DNA of 64,000 nt from positions 94,178,001 through 94,242,000 of the forward strand of contig OX597815.1 in the NCBI GenBank assembly GCA_951406725.2, given 5' to 3'. This DNA is from Octopus vulgaris (Eukaryota). The position numbers and the translations under genes were made by a program. The notes below the pieces were generated by a model, which had not been told where the DNA came from, searched no databases, and was given only the letters and a program-made list of their open reading frames with translations. This document shows, in pieces, positions 1 to 14,533 of the stretch. Positions within the stretch are counted from its first letter, which is position 1; every line of letters begins with the position of its first letter.

Positions 1-567
1 AAGTGAAAAAAACAAAACAAAACAAAACAATAAATAAAGATGCTTAATCTGGCAAAGGAAGAAATAGAAGAGAATTTGATGTTTCGGGTGATACCCATTA
101 TCAAATAGAAGAATGAAGATTAGTGAAAAAGAATTCTCCCTCTCTCTATTATTCCTCTTTATATATTTCCCGCCCTTCACACTCTCACCCTGTTCAGCAT
201 TTGCTTCTGTTAAAAAAACTTTGCCTCTTCTTCAATATCTCTTTTCTATTACAGCCACTTAAGCACCCCCACCTATCTAAACTCCCCTATAACTAACCAT
301 TTAGACAACTGTCATACATCTTTTAAATTTAATTATTTAATTTAAATGTAATTGTAATTTAATATTATTTCGATTTCATTGTCTGGTTAATGAGATAAAT
401 TTATTTAAAAAGTGGATGCTTTTGAAGAGCGGTAACATTTAACTCGGAGTAAATAACTTGCCGTTATTCATATATGTAATACTTCTTTATGTATTGAATA
501 CCATCACTTCTCATTTGTATTAACAAGGAAGGATATATTCACATATATGCATATATATATGCATATG

Positions 568-613
<46 letters not shown>

Positions 614-727
614 TATTTACAAATTCAATACCCATACATATCTTACATCTATTTTCTTTCCTCCACCTCACTCTCTATTTTGTATCACATCGAAACTAAC
701 TATAACTTAATTTTTTCCTCTCACACC

Positions 728-779
728 GTCTCCGATGAAGGGATATTATTAATTAATATCCTAGAAACAGCTGTAAGAT
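728..779 (+). ncRNA. Type I hammerhead ribozyme-like motif (Penelope pLTR type)
   Basis: gtct-CCGATGA-a-GGGATATTA/ttaat/TAATATCCT-a-GAAA-CAGCTG-TA-agat. Stems I and II present, palindromic stem III, GUA site, U4C core variant. A related partial copy with CTGATGA lies on the - strand near 36150-36192. Confidence 0.6.
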
Positions 780-1005
780 CTTCTATCTATAAATGCTCTA
801 ATATCTATACAACCTTGGTTTTTTATCTTATTACGCAAAAAATTCTTATATACACATGCTGACATAGAACCAACGTTGATTCGCAACGTTTATTCGCAAT
901 ATTACCGAATCTGGAACTTAACTACGGTCTGTCTATAGCACTTATTCAGCATTACCTGATACCTTTGGGTCTCAATGACACCATTATCTCTTATATATGT
1001 GTATG

Positions 1006-1099
<94 letters not shown>

Positions 1100-2666
1100 T
1101 ATACATATACATATTTATACACAAACACACACAAACACACACACTCATACACACATATATACATTTAGGAAGTTAGACGTTATGGCCGGCCATAGAGTGC
1201 TCTTTGGTTTCGCACTTACAAAGCGCTTAGCGGTATAGGTGCAAAACCAATGGTCAATCTATGATCGGCCATAACTTTTAACTTCCTAAATGTGTATATG
1301 TGTGTATGTGTGTGTAAAAAAAAAAAATATATATTTATACACACACATATATTTATATATATATGTATATACATATGTATTTTTTTTTGTGTAGTTCCAG
1401 CTCAGAGCTGCGGCCATATACATCCATATATTTATATATACATCCATACATTTATATGTATGTGTACGCACACTCACACATATATGTAGAAGGTGGAAAA
1501 GTAACATATGAGTTGATATGTATAAGGAAAGTAAGACAATGAAGAAAATGCTAATATAATTTTATCCAGAAGTATATTTTAGTACCGGTTCCCATCTTTT
1601 TCAGCTGAGAATAAAATAAGAAATACACATAAATTAGAGAAAAAAAATTAAGTGAAATATTTTATGGATGTTTCCATAGTCTTTAAATTGTCGAAAAAGT
1701 CTAAAAGACGAAAACCGGTACTAAAATGTACTTCATGATAAAATTATTTAAGCAAATCTTCTACCTTGTCTTATTTTCCTTATATATATATATAGCATGC
1801 GCGTGTGTATACGTATATGTATGAAGGTATTAGTGTGTGTGTATGTGTGTGTGTGTGTGTGTATGAGTGTGTGTGTGTGTATGTGTGTGTGTGTGTATGT
1901 GTGTGTGTGTGTGTGTACCAAAGTATTTCTGCGCCTGCGTGCTTGTTCGTACTTTTCGGTAGAGAAGCCAACTAGACAGATTGCATTATCTGAAAGAACA
2001 ACGATAACAACAAAAACAACAACAACTCAAGCAACCACAACAGCAATAGCAACAGTATCTCTGACAGCGAGTGTGTTTGGGCCTACAGTTTGTCACTTTA
2101 TTGATGAGCAAACAAACAACTGGCCTGATGAAGTGATTTTTGAACTCGAAAGAGCGCACCATCAAACATTAACACCAAAACCAGTGACTTGACTTAAAGC
2201 TCACATTTATTTCTTAATTTACTATTTCCTTACTATGTTACGCTATTCTGTCTTGACTTCCATCACTTTCTCTATTTATCAATGCATATTTCTGACCTCT
2301 TCTATCGATTTCTGTCTCCCAGTCTCTCCTTTTGTTCTCCTATTTCTATCTATCGTTTCACCTATCTTTACCGTCAAAAACTTTAAAGCCTAGACCACCA
2401 ATAATACTCCCAGTTATCTGCTGTCTTATATTATTTCGTCGTTTTACTATCTTGTCATTTTGTCATATTGTTGTAAACTACATATAACTGCATTGTGTGT
2501 AAATATGTTGACATACGCTCAACATATATAGTAAATATATACATGCTTGCCTATATAAACATATACATATATGTACGTATTTTGTGTGTGTGTGTCTCTC
2601 TCTCTCTATATATATACACATATATATATATATATAAATATATATAGACATATATACATACATACA

Positions 2667-2740
<74 letters not shown>

Positions 2741-2919
2741 CGTACATAAATGTGTGTGTGTGCGTGTATATCTACGAACAAAAGAATTCTAACAATATCA
2801 GAAGTTTACAGAACTTATTTTGGTTAAACCATTTTGTTTTTCATTGTTGGAAATCAGAAATAGTCTATAGAAATTAAATTTATAAAGATACATGCATACA
2901 TACACACATACATACATAC

Positions 2920-2950
<31 letters not shown>

Positions 2951-3019
2951 CATATATATATACATATATATATATATACATATATATATACATCTATATA
3001 TATATATACATATATATAT

Positions 3020-3077
<58 letters not shown>

Positions 3078-3722
3078 ATATATATGTATGTGTGTATACA
3101 CGCAAAAACGCACACGCGCACGCACACACATCCCCTCACACACACGCACACACACATATATATATAGAAAGGCAGAGAGAAAGAGAGAGAGAGAGAGAGG
3201 GAAAGAGAAAGAGAGAGAGAGGAAGTGAGATGAATACATTCGTATGTGTGCGTGTATTTATTTTGGATGACAAGCCAACTTAGATTAAAACAACAGCAAA
3301 AATAGCATCATCACCATCATAACCATCATCGCCGTTACCGCCATTTCCACCACTGCCGCCACTACAGCTACAACTACAGTCATGATCATCATCCTCATCA
3401 TCAACAGCAGCGGCAAGAACAGAAGGAAGACTGAATGAAGCCATCGAGGTTTTGCTGGTTGTGTTGGATGTTTTTTTTCCCACAGAATAGAGTCATGATG
3501 TTTAGGAGACATATGTGGAAAGTGTGTGTGTGTGTGTGTGTGTGTGTTTGCGTGTGTGTGTGTGTGTGTGTACGTGCGTGTGTGTGTGTACGTGCGTGTG
3601 TTAGTGTTAGGTGAAATAGGAAAAAGATGCTAGTGTACAAGAAATGTTGGGTGGTGGTGGTGGTAGTACATTAAAGTAGGTGCGAGAGAGGGAGAGAGAG
3701 AGAGAGAGAGGGAGGGAGAGAG

Positions 3723-3772
<50 letters not shown>

Positions 3773-4064
3773 GGTGTAAGTGTCAGAAATGCTATAATTA
3801 GAGAAGAGAGAAGAGGAAGAGAAGGGAGAAGAGGAACAGAAAATAATGACAATGTAGTGGAAGGTGAAGAGTTGGAGGTGAAATGAGAGAGCGCCAGCGC
3901 ATGCGTGTATGTGTGTAAGTATGAGTATATGCGTGGTGTGTATGTATGAGAGAGTCATTATGGGTAAGAAATGAAAGGAAATTTGACGAGTATTTAAAGT
4001 GATTATGTGATTATGTAATACATGCATACATACACACATACAACATATACATATAAATACATAC

Positions 4065-4138
<74 letters not shown>

Positions 4139-4309
4139 CATACACTCACATACATACACTGCTCAAAAATCCGAGCTCACCAGCACCTGCAAGCATAAGA
4201 GACTCGACTTATCTCAACTATCAACCTACACTCGACCCAAGCGGTTAAGCTGTAATTTGCCTCGTACACGTATCACATTACATCAGTACATTGTCGATGG
4301 ACAATATCA

Positions 4310-4620
4310 CAGCCTGGCTTTCCGTCGGTCACGATGATGAAGGTTTTATTTATCCGATCAGCTGAACAACCTGTTCGTGAAATTAACTTGCAAGTGGCTG
4401 AGCACTCCAGTGACACGCGTGCCCTTAACATAGTTCCCAATGAGATTCAGCGTGATACAGAATGTGACAAAGCTGGTCCTTTGAATTACAAGAACAACTC
4501 ATTGGACTAGAACAGCGTAAAATGTAAAGTGTCTTACTCAAGGACAACCCACCGCCGGAAATCAAACTCACAACCTTACGATTGTGAGCGGAATACCCTA
4601 ACAACTAAGCCACGTGCCTT
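4310..4620 (-). mobile_element. tRNA-derived SINE
   Basis: Minus strand begins ggcacgtggcttagttgttagg (A box) ... gagtttgatttcc (B box), followed by gtccttgagtaagacactt, a typical post-tRNA SINE segment. Confidence 0.65.
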
Positions 4621-4789
4621 TTATACACTTTAAAAATCACCCAAGATATACACATACGCATAAAACATTGAATAGAGAGGATTCACTAGAATTTAGGGAT
4701 TGTAGTATGACATCTATTAAACGTAATCTCATATATCTCCAACTATCCTGTCTTTTAACATCTTTTCCTCGTCTCCAACTCACTTGCAA

Positions 4790-7699
4790 TCCATTCAATT
4801 GAAGAAATAACAAAAGTCGAAGGAGAACTAAACATCACACAGTCGATAAATATGGACCAGCGTAAACGTCTCCCCAGGCTACAGAAAAATAAGCATCTCT
4901 ATGAAAGGATAAATAGATACAACAGAGCCTTACAAATAATAATGACCATATCAAAAGACACACTAGATATCAACAAACTAAATGACTTGATCTATTCAAC
5001 AGATGTAGTGATATCCAAGGAAACTGGACTTGACCCTTGCAGAGGAAAAAAAATCCCAATCAAATCTCAAACTAAAATGGAAACAGATCATAATAAATAA
5101 AATTCAAAAACAAAAGGAAGACTTATCACTACTTTGTTAATTAGAGAAAACAGGGCCAAATATGAAAAATATAAAAAAGGCCCATATAACAAAACAATAC
5201 AGCATAAAAAATAAAGAAGATACTTGGGAGGTAAAAGAAAAAATTAAACAGGGCATATCTAAAACTTGCCGCATAAAACAGTATGAAAAACAGAAAAGCT
5301 TCTTCCGACAAAATAAAGAATTCAAAGTAAACACAAAACGTTTTTTTAGGAAGTTAAACAAAAAACTATATCAATAACTTCTATGCCAACAACATCAGCG
5401 ATTTAGTTATACTGGGAGGCAATATGGAGCAAAAAAAAAACAAAAGCAAAAAACACAACAACAATACTCAGTGGATTAGTAGGGAAAAGGAAGAAGACTA
5501 TAGAACAACAGATATGGTCCATCCTCACAGGCCAAGAGATCATGGACACACGTAGGAGTACCAGCAACTGGAAAACCCCAGGGACAGACAAGGTCCCCAA
5601 CATCTGGTTGAAACATCTCACCAGTACCCATAACCACTTAGCGACAGCGTTCAATTTATTGATAAGTGAGCCAGAATCAACACCAAACTGGATGCTAGAA
5701 GGGCAAGCCACCCGAATTGCCAAGAACAAAGACATCGTACACCTACAAAATTACAGACCAATAACATCTTACAAAACCCTATCATCAGCCATCTAAACTG
5801 GTTTATAAAGCACCTGGAAAACAATAATGTCTTGCCAGAGGAACAAAAAGGGTATCGGAGAGGATTGTATGGCTGTAAGGATCAACTTCTAGTAAACCGA
5901 TGACTGTAAGAGGAGAAAAACAAACCTGACAACGATCAGGCCACAATCATCTGGGATATCATGGATTGATTACCAAAAAGTATTCGACAGTGTTCCACAT
6001 TCATGGATACTGGAATCTCTCCACACAAATAAGCTAGCCTCACCTCTACTAAAATATATAAAACATGCAATGGCAAACTAGAAGACCTGTATACCATTAA
6101 GAAATGACTCACAAGTTATTAAAATCTACCCTATACCCATAAGAAGAGGAATTTTCCAGGGAGACTCACTGTTACCTCTGCTTTTCTGCCTTTCTCTGAC
6201 CCCGCTAACAAACCTTTTAAACGAAACCACTATGGGTTATAGGTGCTACGGACAAAAAATAAACCATCTCCTGTACATGAATGACCTAAAACATTTACGC
6301 TAAAAGCACCATGGAACAGAGAAACCTTATCAAAATTGTTCAGAGCTTCAGTAATGACATCGGAATGAGCATGGGCTGGACAAATGTGCCAGAGTCACAC
6401 TGAGAAGAGGCAAATTATTCAGCACTGAAAACACTGCACTTGACATAGACACAGAAATTGGAGAATTAGACCACAGCTGCCCAAACAAATATCTAAGAAT
6501 AGAAGAAACAGATAAAATACAACAAACAGAAATGAAAGAAAAAATTAGGAGAGAGTATTACAGAAGAGTTAGACTAATATTAAACACTGAACTTAATGCT
6601 AAAAATAACGTAATAAGGATAAACACGCTAGTTATACCAGTCATAAATTACAGCTTTAACATAATAAACTGGAAGATCAGTGAATTGAGAAACCTAGATA
6701 GAAAACCTAGAAAACTACTAACATCATACCAAAGTCACCATCCCAAAGCAGACGCAGACAGAATATATCTACCCTGCTCAGAAGGAGTCTGTGATCTGAT
6801 ACAGATAGAAAACTACTATAAAATAACAACAGCTGGACTAGCAAAGTACTTAGAAACAAAGAGAACAAGACTACTGCATGTAGTAAAGCAACTTGAGAAA
6901 AAGAAAACGCTTTTCTCTATACACAAGGAGGCGACAAAATACAAAACACAAGCAAACTACACTGATACACTGACCTCAAATGACAACATAGCAGAAATGG
7001 CCAGAGAGACAAAAACAACATGAAAGCTGAATTACAAAAGATACTGAAGAAGAAATGGAGATAAATATCGCTTCATGACCATTACCCTGCAAAGCTTGAC
7101 AGAGAGGAAGTGAGCCTAAGTAAAAGCCAACAATGGCTCAAAAGCTCTGGACTAAAAACCGAAACGGAAGGACTGATTCCCGTTGCACAAAACCAGTGCC
7201 TGACTACAAACAATTATAAAAACAAGATATAGAAAACAGGCCTCAACACCAAATGAAGAATGTGCAACCAACATCAAAACTGACAGCAGGTGGTATAAGC
7301 ATGAGCCAAGCAAGGTACAAGACAACGATCAGGCCACAATCATCTGGGATATGCCGGTTCAAACCGACAAAGAAATAATAGCTAATCGCCCTGACATAAT
7401 AGTCAAGGATTGGGGAAAAACATCTGCTTACTGATAGACATTGTAGTCCCTTCTGATCAAAATATTGTCAAAAAAGAAGTGGAGAAATTGTCGAGGTACA
7501 AAGACCTCGAAATTGAAGTATTCGAAATGTAAGACAAGGTAAAAACAATACCAATAATAACTGGAACATTGGACATGATAAAAAATCATATGAACAAAAA
7601 TGTAGAAGCTATATCTGGATCCTCAACATTACGCACTGTCCAAAAAATAGCCATGCAAGGAACAGCCTATGCAATACTCTATCAATCCAGTAATACAAC
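4790..7699 (+). mobile_element. Degenerate R4/Dong-like non-LTR retrotransposon (RT + RLE), long copy
   Basis: Fragmented frames: NWKTPGTDKVPN, NYRPIT, EQKG, WIDYQKVFDSV, RGIFQGDSLLPLLF, HLLYMNDLK (decayed YMDD), and C-terminal ANRPDIIVKD RLE. Many stops and frameshifts. Ends at the assembly gap. Confidence 0.88.
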
Positions 7700-7799
7700 N
7701 NNNNNNNNNNNNNNNNNNNNNNNNNNNNNNNNNNNNNNNNNNNNNNNNNNNNNNNNNNNNNNNNNNNNNNNNNNNNNNNNNNNNNNNNNNNNNNNNNNN
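7700..7799. other. Assembly gap (100 N)
   Basis: Run of N. Confidence 0.99.
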
Positions 7800-8101
7800 C
7801 TAAACAAAACAATCCACAAACACAAGATACAATATATACAGCATTTACCCAGTGAAATAAACTCCCACCAGCAAGCTAGAAAACCAATGCATTACACACT
7901 CGACACACAATACAAGCAGTAACACAACAAAAGACAGTACATACCGCAAGGAAAAAAAGCTAACACAATACAGTACTGGGAGTGTGCAAACACTCCCAAC
8001 AGCAGAAAAGAACATAATGCTGCACACAACCTAGCAACACAGTGGTGTAGCAGGTGATGCAGTAGAAATTTGCTTCAATCTACTAAATATTGAACAGTTA
8101 T

Positions 8102-8249
<148 letters not shown>

Positions 8250-8284
8250 CAACAATAATAATAATAATAACAACAACAATAATA

Positions 8285-9930
8285 ATAATGACAAACAGCT
8301 GGAAACACTATTAAAGACAGTTCATGGATTTACCAAAGAAATATATATGAAATTTGGATTAGAAAAATGCGCCAAAGTAACCATGAAAAGAGGAAAACTA
8401 GTTAAGAGTAACAACATCACACTAGATAAAACCAATGAAATAAAAGAATTAGACCAAAGCCAAACTTACAAATACTTAGGAATCCATGAACTAGATAAGA
8501 CACAACACACACAAATGAAAGAGAAAATAAAAAAAGAATATTATAGACGAGTTAGATCAATACTAAACACAGAGCTCAATGCTAAAAACAAGATAATAGG
8601 TATCAACACTTTAGCAGTCCCAGTTATAAGTTACAGCTACAATATCCTTAACTGGACACGAAATGAACTGACGAAAATAGATAGGAAAACAAGAAAAATA
8701 ATGACAGGATCTAGGATGCATCACCCAAAATCTGACATAGAAAGACTATATATACAACGTATAGAAGGTGGTAGAGGCCTTATACAGCTGGAAAACTACT
8801 ATAAAATAACCACCATAGGACTGCAAAAATATCTACTTCAGAAGGAAGGAAAACTGATCCAGATAGCGGCAAAACACGAGCAAAACAAAAAACTGTTCTC
8901 AGTATTTAAGGAAGCTGACAAATACAAACAAGAAATCATACCACCTAATAAACATGAAGAAGAAGAAGAAGAAGAAGAAGAAGATGAAGAAACAACAAAA
9001 GCTATAAAACAAATGAAATCCAAACTAAAAATAGAACAGCAACGAACCATGATAAAACGATGGCAAGAAAAACCCCTTCATGGTAAATACTGGACTAAAC
9101 TAAACGCAAAAGAAATAGACAAAGAAAAATCAATCCCAGCAATGGTTGAGAAGCTCAGGACTCAAAGCAGAAACAGAGGGATTTTTAATTGCAGCACAAG
9201 ACCAAAGCCTCCCCACCAGAAATTACCAAAAACATGTAATGAAAAGAAATATTACAAGTAACTGCAGAATATGTGGAGATGGACAAGAAACAATAAATCA
9301 TATTATCTCTAGCTGCCCAGTCCTGGCTAAGAAGGAATATATTCACAGACATGACAGAGTTGGAACCTACATACATTGGAAGCTATGCCAACATTATAGA
9401 ATAACAACAGAAAAAAGATGGTATAGGCACACACAAGAAAAGGTCACAGAAAACGAGAAAGCAACCATACTCTGGGATATGCCGATACACATAGATAGAG
9501 AAATTAAGGCCAACAGACCAGATATAGTTGTCAGAGATCATGAAGAAAAAAATGCTTTCTAATTGATGTATCAATACCGGCTGATGACAACGTGTCTCTA
9601 AAAGAAATGGAGAAACTCTCAAAATACAAAGACCTGGAAATAGAGGTAACTAGAATGTGGAATCTGAAAACAGAAACAATTCCTATCATAGTAGGTGCAT
9701 TAGGCATGATAAAAAAATATTCAGACAAATACATAACAAAAACACCAGGACTTAAAAACACATATAACATACAGAAAATTGCACTACTAGGCACTGCACA
9801 CATCCTACACAGAACACTTTCCATACAATAACCATCAGAGCATCACAACAAATCACAGCACATACCCAAGGCACACAGAGCTGCGCTCGGTAGTGAAGTG
9901 AAAGCACGCTATAAAAATAAAACTACTGAA
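8285..9930 (+). mobile_element. 5'-truncated young R4/Dong-like LINE inserted in (TAA)n
   Basis: ORFs 8347-9261, 9146-9562 and 9592-9831 join through two frameshifts: FGLEKC, YKYLG, GGRGL, CRICGDGQETINHIISSC zinc knuckle, RHD, NRPDIVV RLE, IIVGALG. About 100-nt 3'UTR. (TAA)n on both sides. Confidence 0.93.
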
Positions 9931-9964
9931 TAATAATAATGGTAATAATAATAATAATAATAAT

Positions 9965-10575
9965 ATCCACAAACATGACAGAGTTGGGACCTATATAGAC
10001 TGGAAACTATGCCAACACTATGTAATGGCAAGAGAAAAAAGATGGTATAGGCACACCCCAGAAAAGGTCTGAGAAAATGACAAAGCAACCATAATCTGGA
10101 ATGTGCCAATACGTACAAATAGAAAAATCATGGCTAATAGACCGGATATAGTTCTCAGAGATGACCAAGAAAAAAATACCTTCTAATCGATGTATCAATA
10201 CCAACAGTTGACAATATATCTCTAAAAGAAACAGAGAACTCTCAAAATACAAAGATCTGGAAACAGAGAACTCTCAAAATACAAAGATCTGGAAACAGAG
10301 GTAACGCGAATGTGGAACCTAAAAACAGGAAACAATCCCTATAATAATAGGTGCATTAGGTATGATAAAAAACATTATGACAAATACAAAACCAAAACAC
10401 CAGGACTTACAAATGTATATAACATACAGAAAATAGTACTACGTGGAACACGTAAATCCTACATAAATTACTTTCAATACAGTGAAAATAAGAGCACCAC
10501 AACAAGCCATGGCACATACCCAAGACACACTGAGCTGCGTTCGGTAGTGCAGTGAAAGCATGTGATAAAAATAAG
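9965..10575 (+). mobile_element. Older Dong-like LINE 3' fragment (RLE + 3'UTR) with an internal 32-bp tandem duplication
   Basis: Diverged paralogue of 9340-9915. aaacagagaactctcaaaatacaaagatctgg is duplicated at about 10229-10292. Confidence 0.85.
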
Positions 10576-10856
10576 ACCGAATCTTCTAATATAATAAAAT
10601 GGTGTGTTCCTGTCGGTTACACTGTATACTGTAGGGAAAGAAGAGTAAACAACAGACGAAGTGGGAGTAAGTGGCAGTGAGAGATGCTAATGCAGGTGGA
10701 TGACGCTAGGAAAAGAAGAGTAAAACAACAAACGGAGTGGCAGTGAGTGACAGTCATAGGCGGCTAAACTGCAGGAGAACTGCAGTGAGCTCTGAAGTCA
10801 ACAGTATTTGAATAGAAATGAAATTTCCATGTTTATCGTAAATTATATTTATCAAG

Positions 10857-10923
<67 letters not shown>

Positions 10924-11026
10924 GCACACATACACACACACAAACACACACACACACTCATGCACTCACACACGCATATGTATGCCATGCATAGATGTAC
11001 ATATATAGGTACGTGTATGTATGAGC

Positions 11027-11057
<31 letters not shown>

Positions 11058-11422
11058 CAGAGACAGACACACAGAGACACACACACATATATGCGCATAT
11101 AAGACAAAGATATTTTATTTCTCACGGGTAGAAATATAGGAAAAATAGAAGTTGAAAATGCACTGAGAATAGGTAAAATATTTTTTGTTAAAATGTTTGA
11201 AGCTTTAAACGGTTTCACAGTTTACACTGATTTTCAAAAAATTCAAATAGAAAGACATGGCTTACGGAGAGAGAAAGAGAGAGAAGAGAGTGAGACAGAG
11301 AGAAAGAAAGAGAGAGAGAGAGGGGGGGAGATATGTCTATAAAATAAGTATATATATATATATGTATGTATGTATGTATCTATATGTATATATATATATA
11401 TAAATGTATATGCATACACACG

Positions 11423-11475
<53 letters not shown>

Positions 11476-11916
11476 ATATATGCATATATATATGTATATT
11501 AGAAGGTTTGGAGATGATGTACAGGTATCATGTATTAGAAGAAATAACGTACTCAGAAATCTCTGGATGGTTATATATTTACAGATATTTATTAATGTTA
11601 ATATTAAATATCTGTAAATATAAAACCATCCAGATTTCCTAAGTACTTTATTTCCTCTAATATGTATGCATATATATGTACATACGTGCGTGCGTGCGTG
11701 CGTGCGTGCGTGCATGTGTGTGTGTGCTTGTGTGTGTGAGTATACACAAGCAAACATTATGTGGGTGATATTTTCAACCTTGACGTTACATCTTATTCTT
11801 CAAGTGCTTCAATTCTGTGTATGTACATATATGTACTAGATTGCTGACAATTATTAAAAGATTTCCCCATTGTGTTGATGTACGATTTACTATCATACAC
11901 GAGCATGCTAGCAGTA

Positions 11917-11951
<35 letters not shown>

Positions 11952-12004
11952 TTCTTTAGTGGCCACAAGAGCCCACACATACAAGAGAACAATATATTTT
12001 TTTA

Positions 12005-12215
12005 CTGCCCAGAAGGGGCTAAACATAGAGGGGACAAACAAGGACAGACGAAGGGATTGAGTCGATTATATCGCCCCCAGTGCGAAACTGGTACTTTATT
12101 TATCGACCCCGAAAGGATGAAAGGCAAAGTTGACCTCGGCGGAATTTGAACTCAGAACATAACGACAGAAGAAATACCGCTAAACATTTCGCCCGGCGCG
12201 CTAACGTGTCTGCCA
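12005..12215 (-). mobile_element. tRNA-derived SINE (octopus OR-like family, tail type 1)
   Basis: Shares head and core (gagttcaaattccgccgagg...cctttcggggtcgataaa...gtaccag on -) with copies at 16852, 31664, 53136, 53586 and 55045. Tail (aggggctaaacatagaggggacaaacaagg) is shared with 55045. Confidence 0.8.
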
Positions 12216-13480
12216 AGAACAATAGTCATACAAAAAGGATACAAAACGTGTAGGGATGGACATGTACGTATATATAATAACCGAGGAAGATACGGTAAAA
12301 CCATAATATATTGAGACAAATTAAAAATTTGGTACACGAAATAAATACGAATAAGTGCAACCCTCATACTGAAGTGAAAATGTAGTGTTAGGGTACCCCT
12401 ACGACTTTCACCACCTTCTATACTGATCAACTTTTGCAAACTTGGTTCTCTGATAGTGCATGGGGGTCATTCTCAGCGTTATTCGAACAGTGAAGGGCCG
12501 TCGCCATATGTCAATAGACAACTGTTACGTCTCAACCAATCACATGCTGTCTAGCATCGCTTGGCTCTTGTCCTTCACTGTAGTATCTAATTAGTCCCCT
12601 TTGATGGTCAGCATCACATCAAGTAATCAACGGTTCACTCTTCTAATCAACGTAAAGTTCAAGCAGTTTATGAGTGTGGGTGAACGTCCCTTTGTGAGGA
12701 CCTTCCGGTTTCTAGTTTGCTTTTTATCTTCCCTCAACTCCTTTTATTCACCTTTACTAACTGTCCCTGATAATTTCTCGCCCTTTGTATTATCACTACC
12801 ACTGCAGGATGATGGCCGTGGTACTGGTACTCGTAACTTCTGGTTATTTCTTGTGCTGGATGAGGAGACTCTTCTGCTTCTTGGTCGTCATCAGTTCGAT
12901 TTCATTTACCTCTTTTCTGGCCATACTATGTGCTGAAGACGTTGAGCAGTAGCAATAACCAACCACGGGCTTCACATTTGCTGTTGGTAATATCGCCACT
13001 GTTGCTGTTTGAAGACATCTTTTTCTTGTGCTTTTTCTTTTCTTCTGGGGAACAGGCACTGATGTGGAATTTACTTTCCCATTTGGATTGACTGGGCCTT
13101 CCACATACACACACGTGCGTACGTATGTATGTATGCACGTGTGTGTGTGCACACGTGCGTGTCTGTGTCTCTGTGTGTGGTATTAGAAAATCGAAAACAA
13201 CGTGGTTTTGGTAAAAAGGTTTTATCATTTCACCTCTAAAACTTTCGACCTCAAAAAAGAGAACTTTTCTTATCGGAGACCTGGCGGCTAAATAGTCAAT
13301 GGTAGTAGAAGAAACACGTCGACATTCCCTGGCATATCAAGAATAGTTACTTAAAAAGAATATACAAATAACAAGCCAGATGATTTTGAGGTAACGTTTT
13401 GCTTTGTTGAAGATTTTGTTTACTACTGAATATTTCAGTTGGCCTTCGGGCTCTCCACAAAAGTTGTAGACACTTTATTC

Positions 13481-13596
<116 letters not shown>

Positions 13597-13727
13597 AGCT
13601 TTTGAGGTCGATTATCTAAAAAAAGGAAAGAAACAATTTTAAAATTATATTTTGTTGTAACGTATTGTTTTGGCTTTGTAATCTTTTGAAATTTCATTGA
13701 TACAATGCTTCCGGATAAGTTCATATA

Positions 13728-13760
<33 letters not shown>

Positions 13761-13877
13761 TGTATGTATGTATGTATGTATGTATGTATGTATGTATGTA
13801 TGTATGTATGTATGTATGTATGTATGCATGTTTGTATGTATGTATGTATGTATGTATGTATGACGCATGTATGTATG

Positions 13878-13911
<34 letters not shown>

Positions 13912-13948
13912 TGTATGTATGACGCATGTATGCGTGCATATCTGTATG

Positions 13949-13991
<43 letters not shown>

Positions 13992-14057
13992 AAATATATA
14001 TATGTGTGTGTGCACATGTGTGTTTGTGTGTATATCTATCTGTCTATCTATCTAGCC

Positions 14058-14112
<55 letters not shown>

Positions 14113-14323
14113 CATTTATCTATCAATCTGTACATACATATATACACATGCACACACATATATACATGTACACATATGTGTACATGTATATATAATTGGA
14201 CAATTATCTTTAGTTGCACAGCTAAAGTGTTTGAAAATCAAAAATGCACTGAAAGCATTTGAAGGTTGAGTGTATTTTTCTACTTTAAAGGTTAGATGAA
14301 ATATCTTTAAAAATGTAACCTTT

Positions 14324-14460
14324 AGGCGCAGGAATGGCTATGTGGTAAGCAGCTTGCTTGCCAACCACGGGCAAGTGTGTCTTCTACTATAGCCTCGGGC
14401 CGACCAAAGCCTTGTGAGTTTTTTTTTCGTTGACGGAAACTGAAAGTAGCCCGTCGTATA

Positions 14461-14533
<73 letters not shown>

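Noticed and set aside
2121-2162. CTGATGA...GAAA hammerhead-like spacing
   Set aside because: Weak stem II, no NUH site and no stem I register.
902-4159. Many ORFs such as [18 protein letters not shown] and ERERER here and throughout the window
   Set aside because: Translations of di-, tri- and tetranucleotide microsatellites, with no coding evidence.
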